In this document: piece after piece, positions 24,474-34,370 of the stretch | Layout: each line of letters starts with the position of its first letter | Numbering within the stretch: the stretch's first letter is position 1 | Source: a virus | Lineage: Duplodnaviria > Caudoviricetes | Direction: 5' to 3' (one strand) | Virus record (IMG/VR): IMGVR_UViG_3300034088_000016 | Location: 1 to 47,763 of that record | Length of the DNA: 47,763 nt | Position numbers and translations under genes: made by a program | Notes under the pieces: generated by a model | Database searches by the model: none | What the model was told of the DNA's origin: nothing | Seen by the model: only the letters and a program-made list of their open reading frames with translations

Positions 24474-25369
24474 GTGACCACAACCCCCCTGCTGGCTGGA
24501 CCGACATTGGCGAGGCCGCGCCTCAGCCGCCCAACTGGCTGATCAAGGACCTGCTCCCCGATGGCCTGGTGGGCATCACCGGGCCGGCCAAGAAGGCACG
24601 CAAGTCCGCGATGGCCCTTGCTATGTCCCTGATGGTGACTGGCAAGCATGTCAACTTCTTCCCCCCCTTCATGCGCGAAACCAAGGTCGACGGCCATGTC
24701 CTTTACGTGAGCGCCGAGGCGCGAGCCGGCGTGATGGCCAACACGGCGAGGCGTTATCTCGGCGCACGCCTCATCGCTGATGGCTCCCTGCTCATTGCCG
24801 ATGATGCCTGGCAGTGGCGCCTCGACAAACCTGATTGCCGCAAGCGCCTCCTGGACGTGATGGATGAAGTGCAGCCGGTCCTCACCGTGTTTGATCCAAT
24901 GAGGAGATTACATGCGCTCGACGAGAACGACAGCGGCGCCATGAGCGAGATGATGTACCCGTTCCGCCAGTGGGCCATCGACCGGAGTGAGAAGGGTCAG
25001 CCAACGGCGGTGCTCTGGGTCCACCACATGCGCAAGCTGAAGGAGGACCAGCGCAAATATCAGGCCGAGGACGCAAGAGGCACGGGCGACTGGATCGGCA
25101 TGAGCGACGGGATGCTGGTCATCAGCCCCATGGGCGCCTACTGGTCCGTCGAGGCCATCTTCAAGCTCGCAGATGGGTGGACTCGTGACTTGGTGTTCGG
25201 GCTGGGTGGCATGGAGGCCCAGGAGGTCATCACTTCTGAGGATAGGAAGGTTGCCGAGGCCTACGGTCCAGATGTTGACATCGATGCCCTCGCTCGTATA
25301 TTGAAGATGTCACCTGGAAGCGTTCGCGAGTCGGTAGCCAAGCTGGCAAGAAACGAGATGATCAAGTGA
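24470..25369 (+). CDS. RecA-family AAA helicase (AAA_25 / RepA-like)
   Basis: WLIKDLLP, P-loop GPAKKARKS, VFDP, VHHMRK, ARGTG. Confidence 0.85.
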   Translation: MSDHNPPAGWTDIGEAAPQPPNWLIKDLLPDGLVGITGPAKKARKSAMALAMSLMVTGKHVNFFPPFMRETKVDGHVLYVSAEARAGVMANTARRYLGARLIADGSLLIADDAWQWRLDKPDCRKRLLDVMDEVQPVLTVFDPMRRLHALDENDSGAMSEMMYPFRQWAIDRSEKGQPTAVLWVHHMRKLKEDQRKYQAEDARGTGDWIGMSDGMLVISPMGAYWSVEAIFKLADGWTRDLVFGLGGMEAQEVITSEDRKVAEAYGPDVDIDALARILKMSPGSVRESVAKLARNEMIK

Positions 25370-25376
25370 GGGACGC

Positions 25377-25556
25377 ATGAAAACCTGGGAAGTGAAGCTG
25401 GACACGAAGAGCAACGGGGTCGTCACCATCAACGTGCAGGCTGACGACTTCGTTCAGACCAGTGACGGGGTGACGTTCGTGAAGGGCGATGACCGCGTAC
25501 AGGTAGCCTTCTACCCCATGGCGACGCTGCTGGGCGTCAAGGACGTGACGCCGTGA
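25377..25556 (+). CDS. Small beta-rich hypothetical protein (59 aa)
   Basis: Manual translation MKTWEVKLDTK...VAFYPMATLLGVKDVTP; fills gap. Confidence 0.65.
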   Translation: MKTWEVKLDTKSNGVVTINVQADDFVQTSDGVTFVKGDDRVQVAFYPMATLLGVKDVTP

Positions 25557-25903
25557 GCACATCCACGTTCACCCGGCGGCTCGCCCACTTCATGGGCGTC
25601 TCGGAAGCCAAGGCGAAGGATGCTCAGAAGGCGTTCGACGCGGCGCTGAAGGAAGAGGTCGAGGCCAGGTTCCCAGCCAAGAAGGTGGGAGAGGCGTCTG
25701 TGATCTCCCTGGACGGGGCGCCCCTCGTCATCGCCGGCCTGGGCAGCTTCAAGATGAGGATGCGGCCCGAGATGAAGTTCGATGCCTTCCGCTACGCCCA
25801 GAACAAGTCTCTGTTCGGCAACGACGGTCCGCGAGAGACTGTGACCAAGCCCCCCTCGCGCCGCCTCATCTTCACTGCCAAGTGGGAGCCCATCAAGCCA
25901 TGA
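25553..25903 (+). CDS. HU/IHF-like DNA-binding protein
   Basis: Two helices then LVIAGLGSFKMRMRPE...TKPPSRRLIFTAK. Confidence 0.75.
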   Translation: MSTSTFTRRLAHFMGVSEAKAKDAQKAFDAALKEEVEARFPAKKVGEASVISLDGAPLVIAGLGSFKMRMRPEMKFDAFRYAQNKSLFGNDGPRETVTKPPSRRLIFTAKWEPIKP

Positions 25904-26217
25904 AGCTCCTCATCCACGCCGGCCTCTTCGCCATGGGCACCATCGAGGTGGACACAGTGACGGGCGAGTTCCGATTCCTGTGCGACCCGCTCATCAACGC
26001 CGACCAATCGGTGACCACCATGAGCGCAGCCGACACCAACATCGACCCCACTGAGGCGCTCAAGGCCGGCAACGTGTCACTAGCTGTGCTCAACCGTGCC
26101 ACCTGTGACTGGATTCTGAAGCGTGCCGGCCTTGACGCCCAGGTGGTTGGTAAGGTCGGTGGGGACCCCATCCCCCTCACCAACGTGCTGGGTGGCACCG
26201 GGAAGGCGAGCGCCTAG
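25900..26217 (+). CDS. Hypothetical protein (105 aa)
   Basis: ATGA coupling. Confidence 0.65.
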   Translation: MKLLIHAGLFAMGTIEVDTVTGEFRFLCDPLINADQSVTTMSAADTNIDPTEALKAGNVSLAVLNRATCDWILKRAGLDAQVVGKVGGDPIPLTNVLGGTGKASA

Positions 26218-26316
26218 TATGCGTATCGAGAAAGCTGACCTGATTGGCCTGCTGCTGGGTGCCTTCTTCTTGGGGGGCATCGTCGCATTGTCCGCTATTG
26301 CGCTGATGACGATGCC

Positions 26317-26691
26317 ATGAACGCGCCCCGCCTCCTCCCCGACAACCGCACCAAGCGTTCCAAGAAGGCGCTAGCTGCCGAGAAGCGCGCCAACGCCTTG
26401 TCGCCAGGCTGGTACAAGCTGGACGTGAAGGTTAGAAAGCCTATCCCTGTGGATGGGCCTCCTACCAGGTCCGGGCTGAAGTGCCCTCGCTGCCAAGGCC
26501 AGATGATCCGCCGCAATGGCAAGTATGGTGAGTTCTACGGCTGCGCCGGGTGGCCGGCGTGCAACGGCACGAGAGGCACTGACGGGTACTCGGATGACGA
26601 GATTGGGGTGCCCCCACCTGGCTACGACGAGGATCGGGACCCAGAATACTATGCCTTCGCGTTCCTACATGACGTGGGAGATCGCTTGTGA
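26317..26691 (+). CDS. Topoisomerase-type C4 zinc-ribbon protein
   Basis: CPRCQGQMIRRNGKYGEFYGCAGWPACNGT. Confidence 0.8.
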   Translation: MNAPRLLPDNRTKRSKKALAAEKRANALSPGWYKLDVKVRKPIPVDGPPTRSGLKCPRCQGQMIRRNGKYGEFYGCAGWPACNGTRGTDGYSDDEIGVPPPGYDEDRDPEYYAFAFLHDVGDRL

Positions 26692-28259
26692 GCTTTCCAC
26701 GTCTGTTGCCAGATGGGCGCACCTGGACGCTCGATGTCGAGAGCATCGAGAACCTGGCCATTCCCGGCCTGAAGGCTGCCAAAGCCCCTAACGGGCAGCC
26801 CTACGTCTACGGCTACATCGACGCGGTGGGGGCGGCGTGCGCCATCACAGGGGCCGCGCCACCCCCCAAGCCCCAGCCGATCCCATTCCCAGACTGGAAG
26901 CTGGGGGAGCCCATCCCAGACCTGCGCCACTACCAGACAGACGGCATCGCGTGGATGCTCTCCATCCAGGGAGCGGCAGGGGGCGTGGTGCTAGCTGACG
27001 AGATGGGCCTCGGAAAGTCACGCCAGGCCATCACGTTGGCCAAGATCCGAGGCTCCAAGCGCGTCATCATCGTCACCCCCGGCCGGGCCCGCTATACCTG
27101 GGTCGAGGAGCTGGAGAAGGCTCAGGAAACCAACTTCGCCTTGATGCTCCCCAAAGGGGCCAAGGGCTGGCGCTTCCAACGTGACCTGGCCGCGCGCGCC
27201 CGCTGGGTCATCACCAGCTACGACCTGCTGCCCGAGATTCCCCAAGCCGCTACCTCGATGCTCATTATCGATGAGTGCCACGAGGTCAAGAACTCCAAGG
27301 CCCAGCGCTCCCAAGCTGCCATGTCATTTGCCCGGATGGTGCCCTACCGGCTGGGCATCAGCGCCACGCCGGCTTGGAACACGCCGCGTGACTGGTGGTT
27401 CATCCTCGACCTCCTGCTCCCCGGCCGCTTCGGCCGCAAGCACGATTTCGAGGCCCGCTACGCCGATGGGCACCAAGGCCAGTACGGCTGGGTAGCCAAG
27501 GGCGTGAGCCACGCCGATGAGCTACGCCAACGCCTGAGCTACTACCTCGTACGCCGCGAGAAGCGAGACGTGGCCCAAGAGCTGCCCCCCATGACCGATG
27601 TGCCGGTCTGGTTGGAGCCTGACCCACACGCCACCCAGGCCATGCGCGCATCTGCATTACGCGTACCTGGATGCTCCTTCTACGATGCCCTGCTGGCCAC
27701 GCTGGAGGCCAAGATCCAGCCATGTGTGGAGCTGGCGCATGCCGCCAAGCGCTTCCTCCTCTTCACCTGGCAGAAGGCCCATGCCGGCATCATGGCACGC
27801 CAGTTGAATGAGGAGGGGACGCCATGTGTGCTGTTGCATGGTGAGATGAGCGACCTGGCGAGAGCCAACGCGATAGCCCTTGCACGTTCAAAAGCAATCG
27901 GTATAGTGGCCACAATCGACAGCGCGGGGCAATCGTTGAACCTTCAAGGCATCGCGTCACAAGGCATCATGCACTACCAGGACCCGGTGCCCTTCAAGAT
28001 GATGCAGGCACGCTCCCGTCTCCATCGCCTTGGCATCACCGAGCCCATCACCTGGCAGCATGTGCTCCTGAAGGACTCAGCGGATGAGGTGGTCTGGCGC
28101 CGCTCAACAAGCAAGCTGATGGCCCAGGAAGCTAGCATGCCGGCGATGCAAGATGCAGGTGCCTACCGGGAAGCCATGAACGCATCAACGGTGAGCGACG
28201 CCGAAGCGCTAGCCAGCTACTATGCCGAGATGAGCGAGATGGGGATGGAGGTGCAATAA
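26688..28259 (+). CDS. SNF2-family helicase
   Basis: LADEMGLGKS, IIDECH, SATP, RREKRDV..ELPP, RLHRLG. Confidence 0.92.
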   Translation: MSFPRLLPDGRTWTLDVESIENLAIPGLKAAKAPNGQPYVYGYIDAVGAACAITGAAPPPKPQPIPFPDWKLGEPIPDLRHYQTDGIAWMLSIQGAAGGVVLADEMGLGKSRQAITLAKIRGSKRVIIVTPGRARYTWVEELEKAQETNFALMLPKGAKGWRFQRDLAARARWVITSYDLLPEIPQAATSMLIIDECHEVKNSKAQRSQAAMSFARMVPYRLGISATPAWNTPRDWWFILDLLLPGRFGRKHDFEARYADGHQGQYGWVAKGVSHADELRQRLSYYLVRREKRDVAQELPPMTDVPVWLEPDPHATQAMRASALRVPGCSFYDALLATLEAKIQPCVELAHAAKRFLLFTWQKAHAGIMARQLNEEGTPCVLLHGEMSDLARANAIALARSKAIGIVATIDSAGQSLNLQGIASQGIMHYQDPVPFKMMQARSRLHRLGITEPITWQHVLLKDSADEVVWRRSTSKLMAQEASMPAMQDAGAYREAMNASTVSDAEALASYYAEMSEMGMEVQ

Positions 28260-28261
28260 TC

Positions 28262-29308
28262 ATGGGATTCAGCCTTGGTGAGCGTGTCAATACTCCGTTC
28301 GGAGTCGGAACTGTGACGACGAACAGGCCGGAAGGGATGAACATCGCGCTGGATGATGGGAGGATCTACGTGGCCTATCCAGGCAGTGATGCCGTGAAGC
28401 CCATGAGCGACTTCAAGGTTGGCGATGTGGTGCGCGTGGACAACAACCCTCGGTACTACGAGTACGCCGGGAGAGAGAGGAAGGTCGAGCAGGTGTCGAG
28501 CTGGGTCCACGTCAGGTTCTCAGACATCGAGGCTGCTCCCTACTCGCCGCTCTCCCTCACGCTGGTCTCCCGCCCCAGCGAGGCCAAGCCCCAGATGGGG
28601 TGCATGGTCGGCTCCAATCTCGACTGTGCAGCTATCAAGTTCGACTCGGTTGGGTCACACATCCATTGGCATCGACAGAACGACTCCAAGCCCCCAGCGC
28701 CAGCCTTCAAGGTGGGCGACAGGGTGCGTGTGCGCGAGTATCCGGAGGTGGTCGGCATCGTGGAGCAGGTGCGCGTCCACGGCGCCTACCCGATCACCAT
28801 TCGATGCTCGACAGGGAAGTACAAGGGCGAGACCGACTGCTACAATGCGCTCGCGCTGGAGCTTCTCCCTCCCGAGCCGGCCGGCAAGATTTCCCCCCGC
28901 TATGACCCCGTGCATATGTGTGACTGCAACCCGCTCGGAGAAGTTGGCCATCCGTGCGTGTGTCGCTCCCGACCCATGACCGCGACGGCGGCGAGCATCC
29001 TGTACGACCAAGAGAAGTACCTTGCTCAGCAGTTGATCGAGAGGACTGCACGGAAGTTGTTTCGCGCCGAACTGGAGTCCGTCTCGGATGCGCCTTTGCC
29101 CCCCAACGGCTGGATGCCAGCTGGCACGTACATGCCGCTGAGGGACATGCCGCGCAAGCATGGTGTGGGCTTCCGATGGATTGATACCAACTTCCCAGAG
29201 GACCTCAACAAGGGCATCGCCAAGTCCCTCCCAGCCTACGAGCGCCGCTTCTCTTCCCGAACCATGGCGTGGGACCCCATGGACGACACCTTCTTGGAGG
29301 ACGCCTGA
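28262..29308 (+). CDS. Protein with three SH3/KOW-like repeats
   Basis: FSLGERV, FKVGDVVRV, FKVGDRVRV. Confidence 0.7.
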   Translation: MGFSLGERVNTPFGVGTVTTNRPEGMNIALDDGRIYVAYPGSDAVKPMSDFKVGDVVRVDNNPRYYEYAGRERKVEQVSSWVHVRFSDIEAAPYSPLSLTLVSRPSEAKPQMGCMVGSNLDCAAIKFDSVGSHIHWHRQNDSKPPAPAFKVGDRVRVREYPEVVGIVEQVRVHGAYPITIRCSTGKYKGETDCYNALALELLPPEPAGKISPRYDPVHMCDCNPLGEVGHPCVCRSRPMTATAASILYDQEKYLAQQLIERTARKLFRAELESVSDAPLPPNGWMPAGTYMPLRDMPRKHGVGFRWIDTNFPEDLNKGIAKSLPAYERRFSSRTMAWDPMDDTFLEDA

Positions 29309-29520
29309 TGGACCCGAGCACCCAACGCCTCTTCCTCTTTCTCGATGAGTGGCTGTGGATTGGCCTCTGCATCTACCTGCTGCATCGGTGGGTGGCCGGC
29401 ATGCCCTACGAGCGCGAGGAGCGGGTCTGGAAGTGGACTTTGATGGTTGTGGTCTTGGTAGGCACCTTGATGATCTACGGCATCGGCTATCCGACACTGT
29501 GGGGATGGTGGCACCCGTGA
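29308..29520 (+). CDS. Small two-TM membrane protein (70 aa)
   Basis: Two hydrophobic segments; TGATG coupling. Confidence 0.6.
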   Translation: MDPSTQRLFLFLDEWLWIGLCIYLLHRWVAGMPYEREERVWKWTLMVVVLVGTLMIYGIGYPTLWGWWHP

Positions 29521-29765
29521 GCGCGCCCAAGCGCATCGAGGCGATGACGCCCTTCGAGCGCAAGCTTCACACAGCACGGGTCAACGACGCTAACGCCGCC
29601 GCCTATGCCCGCAACCCCCAACACGGCCCCCTCGACGATGAGGAGGAACCCGACGCCTACGACCTGATGATGAACGCGCCGTACATCATGGATTTCGAGC
29701 CTTGCGGTCCGGACTGCGAGTCCACCTGTCCGTGCCGCCGCCGCCCTGCTGATGAGGACACCTAA
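29517..29765 (+). CDS. Hypothetical protein (82 aa)
   Basis: GTGA coupling. Confidence 0.55.
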   Translation: MSAPKRIEAMTPFERKLHTARVNDANAAAYARNPQHGPLDDEEEPDAYDLMMNAPYIMDFEPCGPDCESTCPCRRRPADEDT

Positions 29766-29767
29766 TC

Positions 29768-29986
29768 ATGCCCCCCTTCCACAAGCGCGGCGCCGCCTAC
29801 CGCATCAACCCCAAGCCGGCCGATCCGAACAGCGACTACTCCAAGTCGCTGAGAGCTGACATCCAGCGCAAGCTGGAGGCGCTGACCAAGCCGCCGCAGC
29901 CCGTCACCACGCTGGCCGATATGTCGCCGGAGAAGCAAGAGGAGATGAAGGCTCTCTACGCTGGCGGACCGAAGAGGAAGGCATGA
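29768..29986 (+). CDS. Hypothetical protein (72 aa)
   Basis: GAGGA RBS; packed ORF. Confidence 0.65.
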   Translation: MPPFHKRGAAYRINPKPADPNSDYSKSLRADIQRKLEALTKPPQPVTTLADMSPEKQEEMKALYAGGPKRKA

Positions 29987-30249
29987 CAGAGGAGAGGCTC
30001 AAGCTCATCGAGAAGCTCATCGAGATGCACAAGAGTGGCCTTGATGCTGCCGACACCAGTGACGTGCTGGAGGGCTGGGTAAAGGGCCATTTCTGGTGCG
30101 CCAAGTCGGGCACGTCTGGATGGGCGCCTGATCGGGGTAGCCCGGCGCGAGACGCAGCTTGGGAGTGGAGAGCCAAGGACGACGAAGACGTGCCAGGACT
30201 GGCTGATCTGCTGCCGGAGTTGATCGCCTTCGCTAGGAGCAAGCTGTGA
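29983..30249 (+). CDS. Hypothetical protein (88 aa)
   Basis: ATGA coupling. Confidence 0.65.
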   Translation: MTEERLKLIEKLIEMHKSGLDAADTSDVLEGWVKGHFWCAKSGTSGWAPDRGSPARDAAWEWRAKDDEDVPGLADLLPELIAFARSKL

Positions 30250-31226
30250 CCAAGCCCAACGACTCCGGCCCCTCTCAGTATGGCTGGCACTCCGGTGATC
30301 AGGAGATGTTCCGGTGTGAGCAGGAATTCGTCTTCAAGCATCTCCGGAAGATCCAAAAGGCCGGCATCAAGGAGACCCCAAGAGCCAAGGCGATTGGCTT
30401 GTTGTTTCACGCCGGCCGCGCCCGGTGGTTCGCCGAGCATTTCCCACCCGCGAATGTGGGGTGGGCGAGCGTCTACCAAGCCGTCATTCAAGAGGCGGCG
30501 CGCCAACCGCTCCCCGTTCCCATCGGCGCCGAGCAGGAAGCCTGCAACATCCTCCAACAATATGTTTCTCATTACGCCAAGCTGCCCAAGCCCGAGGTGT
30601 TGGCTGCGGAGCTGGAGGTGGGCCCTATCGTGACGGTTGAGGGCTCATCTGAGCTGCACACCAACCGGCTCGATGACCTGAGCAAGTACCCGGATTTTGC
30701 CCATGCCGAGGCCATCGGAGAGGCAAAGACCACCTCCTCGAAACCAAACGCAGTCTACGCCCACTACAACGCCAACCACGGCCAGCTCCTCAAGCAGATG
30801 CTGGTGGTCACCACGGCAATCAAGCAAGGGAAGCTGGAGGTGGTGAAGGCGCCCATCGGGATTGTCCTTGACGTGGTGCAGAAGGGCTATGGTGGCGCCA
30901 AGTGCTCGTTCGAGCGCTTCCTCATCACCATCGAGCCCTACCAGCTCGAATGGTTCGCGCGAGACCTGGAGCGGGTGAGGCAGCGCAGGAGAGAGCTGGA
31001 GCGCCTAGATCCCCTTGTGAGCGGTGATCGTGGCAGCCACAACCTTGAGCCTGAGGCCAGGCGCAACCCTACTGCCTGCCGCCGTCTGGTGAGCGGGGAT
31101 GGAGGCCAGTTCATTGCGGTGGATTGTCCGTATCTCGCCTTGTGTAAATTTGGCCGCTCGGCTGCGACCGAATACACAGTTAACGGACAACCCGCTGGGG
31201 CCGTACGGAGCAACTGGTGGGCCTGA
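30246..31226 (+). CDS. PD-(D/E)xK (Cas4/RecB-like) exonuclease
   Basis: N-terminal C, G.LFH, RLD..EAKT, Q motif, C-terminal C..CPY..LC. Confidence 0.78.
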   Translation: MTKPNDSGPSQYGWHSGDQEMFRCEQEFVFKHLRKIQKAGIKETPRAKAIGLLFHAGRARWFAEHFPPANVGWASVYQAVIQEAARQPLPVPIGAEQEACNILQQYVSHYAKLPKPEVLAAELEVGPIVTVEGSSELHTNRLDDLSKYPDFAHAEAIGEAKTTSSKPNAVYAHYNANHGQLLKQMLVVTTAIKQGKLEVVKAPIGIVLDVVQKGYGGAKCSFERFLITIEPYQLEWFARDLERVRQRRRELERLDPLVSGDRGSHNLEPEARRNPTACRRLVSGDGGQFIAVDCPYLALCKFGRSAATEYTVNGQPAGAVRSNWWA

Positions 31227-31846
31227 AATTCGACTTGGCAGGCAAGCGATTTGGCCGCTGGCAGGTGCTGCATAGGGTCCCATCCCTGTCGCGACTGCCA
31301 GAGCCTAGATGGATGTGCCGGTGCGACTGCGGCACAGAGAGGACCGTAGGGTCTCAGCGGCTCCGTAGTGGCGTGTCCAGATCCTGCGGCTGCCTGATGC
31401 GAGCCTTGCTGGCTGCCAGAATGACTCGGCACGGACACACCAAGGACCAGCATGTGTCTCCAGAGTTCCGGGCATGGTGGGACGCCCAAGTCAGGTGCTA
31501 CAACCGGAACAGCAAGATGTACCCCAACTACGGAGGTAGAGGCATCAGGATGCATCCGAGTTGGCGGCGCAGCTTCGATGCGTTCCTCGCCCACATAGGG
31601 CCCCGACCATCACCAGCCCATTCTCTCGACCGCATCGACAACAACCGAGGCTATATGCCAGGCAACGTGCGATGGGCGACGCGCAAGGAGCAGCAGAGGA
31701 ACATGCGAGGCAACAGGCTGCTGACCGCGCTCGGCCGCACTGCGCCACTAGTTCAGTGGGCAGAATGGATGAAGCTACCCTACACCACCATCCGCCAGCG
31801 TGTGGTCAAGGGCTGGGATCCTCTTCGCGTGCTAGGGCTCGCGTGA
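31217..31846 (+). CDS. HNH homing endonuclease
   Basis: DL.GKRFGR, CRCDCG, SCGC, YGGRGI, SLDRIDNNRGYMPGNVRWAT. Confidence 0.88.
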   Translation: MGLKFDLAGKRFGRWQVLHRVPSLSRLPEPRWMCRCDCGTERTVGSQRLRSGVSRSCGCLMRALLAARMTRHGHTKDQHVSPEFRAWWDAQVRCYNRNSKMYPNYGGRGIRMHPSWRRSFDAFLAHIGPRPSPAHSLDRIDNNRGYMPGNVRWATRKEQQRNMRGNRLLTALGRTAPLVQWAEWMKLPYTTIRQRVVKGWDPLRVLGLA

Positions 31847-32277
31847 ACACGCCAGTCACCCTCCCCAGTGGCCCCCCAGTCCGCTCCGACTACGAGCGCG
31901 CTCTGGAACGCATCAGGGAATTGGAAGCTCTGCTCTCCAAGCCGGCGGATTCCGAAGCTCACGTCTGGAAGCGGCGAGCGCTGGACGCGGAGGCCCAGCT
32001 CCTCAAGAACATCGAGACCATCACCGCCCTCCGCTCCCAAGTCATGGAGATCAAGAACAACGAGCGCGACCTATACGCCCAGCTAGCCGAGTCCGAAGAA
32101 GAGCGTCTCCGGGCATGCGAGAGCGCGGGCAACCTGCAACTGCGCCTCGATGCCTCGTTAGCCCGTGAGGGCGCCCTCAATCAGCGCCTCAGCAATCTCG
32201 ACATCTTGGCTCGCGAGATTACCGAGCGCGTCACCAAGATGGTTGGGGTGCTTGACAACCCAACATCAATCACGTAG
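31843..32277 (+). CDS. Coiled-coil protein (144 aa)
   Basis: GTGA coupling; heptad pattern. Confidence 0.65.
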   Translation: MNTPVTLPSGPPVRSDYERALERIRELEALLSKPADSEAHVWKRRALDAEAQLLKNIETITALRSQVMEIKNNERDLYAQLAESEEERLRACESAGNLQLRLDASLAREGALNQRLSNLDILAREITERVTKMVGVLDNPTSIT

Positions 32278-32280
32278 AAG
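32252..32280 (+). promoter_or_regulatory. Sigma70-type promoter
   Basis: TTGACA-N17-TAGAAG; shares TTGACAACCC and TAGAAG with promoter at 18854. Confidence 0.55.
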
Positions 32281-32307
32281 CCGTCTCATCCTTTCATCTG
32301 GTGAACA

Positions 32308-33228
32308 ATGGAACGCATGACTCTCGCTGAGTACGGGCCTGGCGACCCCTTCATCAAGCCTCTGGTGCTGATGGACGCCAAGGAGGGGAAGACGAGTTTC
32401 CTCTTTATGAGCCTTCTGGGGCTCTGGCCCTGGCAGCAGCACGGAGGCGTGGTCAGCGACCCGGCGCATCTGCACTTCATCGCGCTGGACACGGCCTGCA
32501 TGGACCGCATCATCCCGAGGGACCCGCCAGACGGCCGGAGCCTGATGGAGATGGCTGGCGTGCCGATGAAGACCATCGACTACGTGCGCTCGCGGGTCGA
32601 TGTCATCAAGATGGATAAGGAAGTGGCTGCGGTGATGAACAGCGCCGCCTCCTACAACCACGACTGGTTCAAGGCGATGAAGCTGCTGCGCCAAGACCTG
32701 GCGAGCCGGATGAAGGATCCCAAGGAGACGCACGCCGTGGTGATGTCCTCGTGGACCACCATGTGCCACCACCACGAGCGTTGTCTCTTTGGCAGCCCTA
32801 CGGGGCAGGGCGAGTCCAATGCCTACGGCACCCAGAACCTGTGGACCATGCTCAAGGAGCAGTTCCGCGAGGTGCGGCTGATCTTCCAGGCGCTCCCGAG
32901 CCATATGTTCTGGGAAGGCCACGTCTCCAAGCAGGCGGTTCCGAACTCCAAGCCTCCTGCGTTCGAAGACACACTGAGCATCCACGGCGGCGCCAAGGAG
33001 TGGCCCAAGAACACTAGCCACAACTTCCGTGTGGTCCGCGAGACGGTGCAGTGGAAGGACAAGAATGGGAAGTCCACCCTCATCAACCCCATGTACGTGA
33101 ATCCCAAGCCCTCCTACTCATTCGTTCCCGGCGGGGGCCGCGGTGTGGGGGCGCTTGCAGAGAAGGAGCCAGATCTCACCAAGATGATGATGGACATGGG
33201 CTACCAGGTGGGCGGGTGGAAGCCATGA
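32308..33228 (+). CDS. Sak4/AAA_24-like ATPase (putative recombinase), degenerate motifs
   Basis: LMDAKEGKTS P-loop, W..L, GH motif; sits between exonuclease and SSB-like gene. Confidence 0.55.
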   Translation: MERMTLAEYGPGDPFIKPLVLMDAKEGKTSFLFMSLLGLWPWQQHGGVVSDPAHLHFIALDTACMDRIIPRDPPDGRSLMEMAGVPMKTIDYVRSRVDVIKMDKEVAAVMNSAASYNHDWFKAMKLLRQDLASRMKDPKETHAVVMSSWTTMCHHHERCLFGSPTGQGESNAYGTQNLWTMLKEQFREVRLIFQALPSHMFWEGHVSKQAVPNSKPPAFEDTLSIHGGAKEWPKNTSHNFRVVRETVQWKDKNGKSTLINPMYVNPKPSYSFVPGGGRGVGALAEKEPDLTKMMMDMGYQVGGWKP

Positions 33229-33425
33229 AGGTCATCGCTACCGGCTACCAGAAGCAACGCCTGGTGCTCGACAACGTAGATTCCCTCACCGCCACCATGA
33301 CTGCGAGCGTGCTCAACGAGATTCGAGGGCGTCAGTTCCTGAATGCTGACGACCCGGGGCCCAAGCCTTGGTGGTTCTACCACGCTGAAGATGACGCATT
33401 TGAGGTGAGGGGGAAGGCGGCATGA
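33225..33425 (+). CDS. Hypothetical protein (66 aa)
   Basis: ATGA coupling both sides. Confidence 0.6.
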   Translation: MKVIATGYQKQRLVLDNVDSLTATMTASVLNEIRGRQFLNADDPGPKPWWFYHAEDDAFEVRGKAA

Positions 33426-33946
33426 GGAATCCCCACAAGGCATCTCGGGTCAACAAGGGTCCCGACGCGGATGATCGGTTCACGCCGCGCTACCTCATCG
33501 AGGCGCTGCATCAGGAGTTCAAGTTCACGGTGGATGCTGCTGGGCATCGAAATTCTCCTGCCACCAACATCATCCACCTCTACTGGGGAGGATTGAAGGC
33601 TGGCGGCATGGACGGGCTTCAGCAGTCGTGGCGTCGAGACCGTGTGTGGGTAAACCCGCCCTTCTCCGACATCCAGGCGTGGGTAGAGAAGGCCAACGCA
33701 GAGATGCAGGCAGGCTGCAAGCTGGTCGTGATGCTCATGCCGTGGAATCGCCAGGAGCAGCCATTCTGGCAGCGGTACATCGAGCCCTTCCGTGACGGGA
33801 AGATCTATCTGGGCGGGCTGGCGACCATCATCACGCGAGCGCTGAGCCCTCGCGTCCGCTACGGCAACCCCAAGGACCCGGAAGGGAAGAAGGCGGGGTC
33901 TCCCAACTTCCCCAGTGGTCTGGTGATCTGGCGTGCCAACAACTAG
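33422..33946 (+). CDS. Phage DNA N6-adenine methyltransferase (Dam-type)
   Basis: D..TP, FTVDAA, DGLQQSW, VWVNPPFS. Confidence 0.88.
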   Translation: MRNPHKASRVNKGPDADDRFTPRYLIEALHQEFKFTVDAAGHRNSPATNIIHLYWGGLKAGGMDGLQQSWRRDRVWVNPPFSDIQAWVEKANAEMQAGCKLVVMLMPWNRQEQPFWQRYIEPFRDGKIYLGGLATIITRALSPRVRYGNPKDPEGKKAGSPNFPSGLVIWRANN

Positions 33947-33997
33947 GCATCCATCCCGATGCCAACACCGGGCCCCGAGCCCACAGGAGAAGCACCC

Positions 33998-34204
33998 ATG
34001 AAGAAGGGCGAAGGCGAAGTTCAGAAGAAGATCAACACGCTGCTGCGCGAGAAGGCGCGCACCACCGAGGAGCTAGCTGACATCCTCGACTCGAACCGGC
34101 AGTACATCCGCAAGGTGCTGCGGGGCCTCGTGAAGTCCGGCAAGGTCGAGACCAAGGGCGTGGCGTCGCCCAAGGGCGGGCTCACCTACAAGCGGAAGCG
34201 GTAG
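33998..34204 (+). CDS. Winged-helix DNA-binding protein
   Basis: TTEELADIL..NRQYIRKVLRGLVKSGKV; AGGAG RBS. Confidence 0.75.
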   Translation: MKKGEGEVQKKINTLLREKARTTEELADILDSNRQYIRKVLRGLVKSGKVETKGVASPKGGLTYKRKR

Positions 34205-34370
34205 TAGGAGCGTGGCTGGGGCGTGCGGCCCTGGCGGCTGGGGAGCGAGACGCGTCTACCCAGTGTCAATGGAGCTAACGTGTCCCCAAAGGGAGCTGGA
34301 CCCCCCAAAGAGCCAGCAAGCTCCGAGCTTTCCCGTAGTCCAACCATCAACCAACACCAAGGAAGCCAAG

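Noticed and set aside
30246-31226. Cas4 as part of a CRISPR system
   Set aside because: Stand-alone PD-(D/E)xK nuclease in a recombination module; no array or other cas genes
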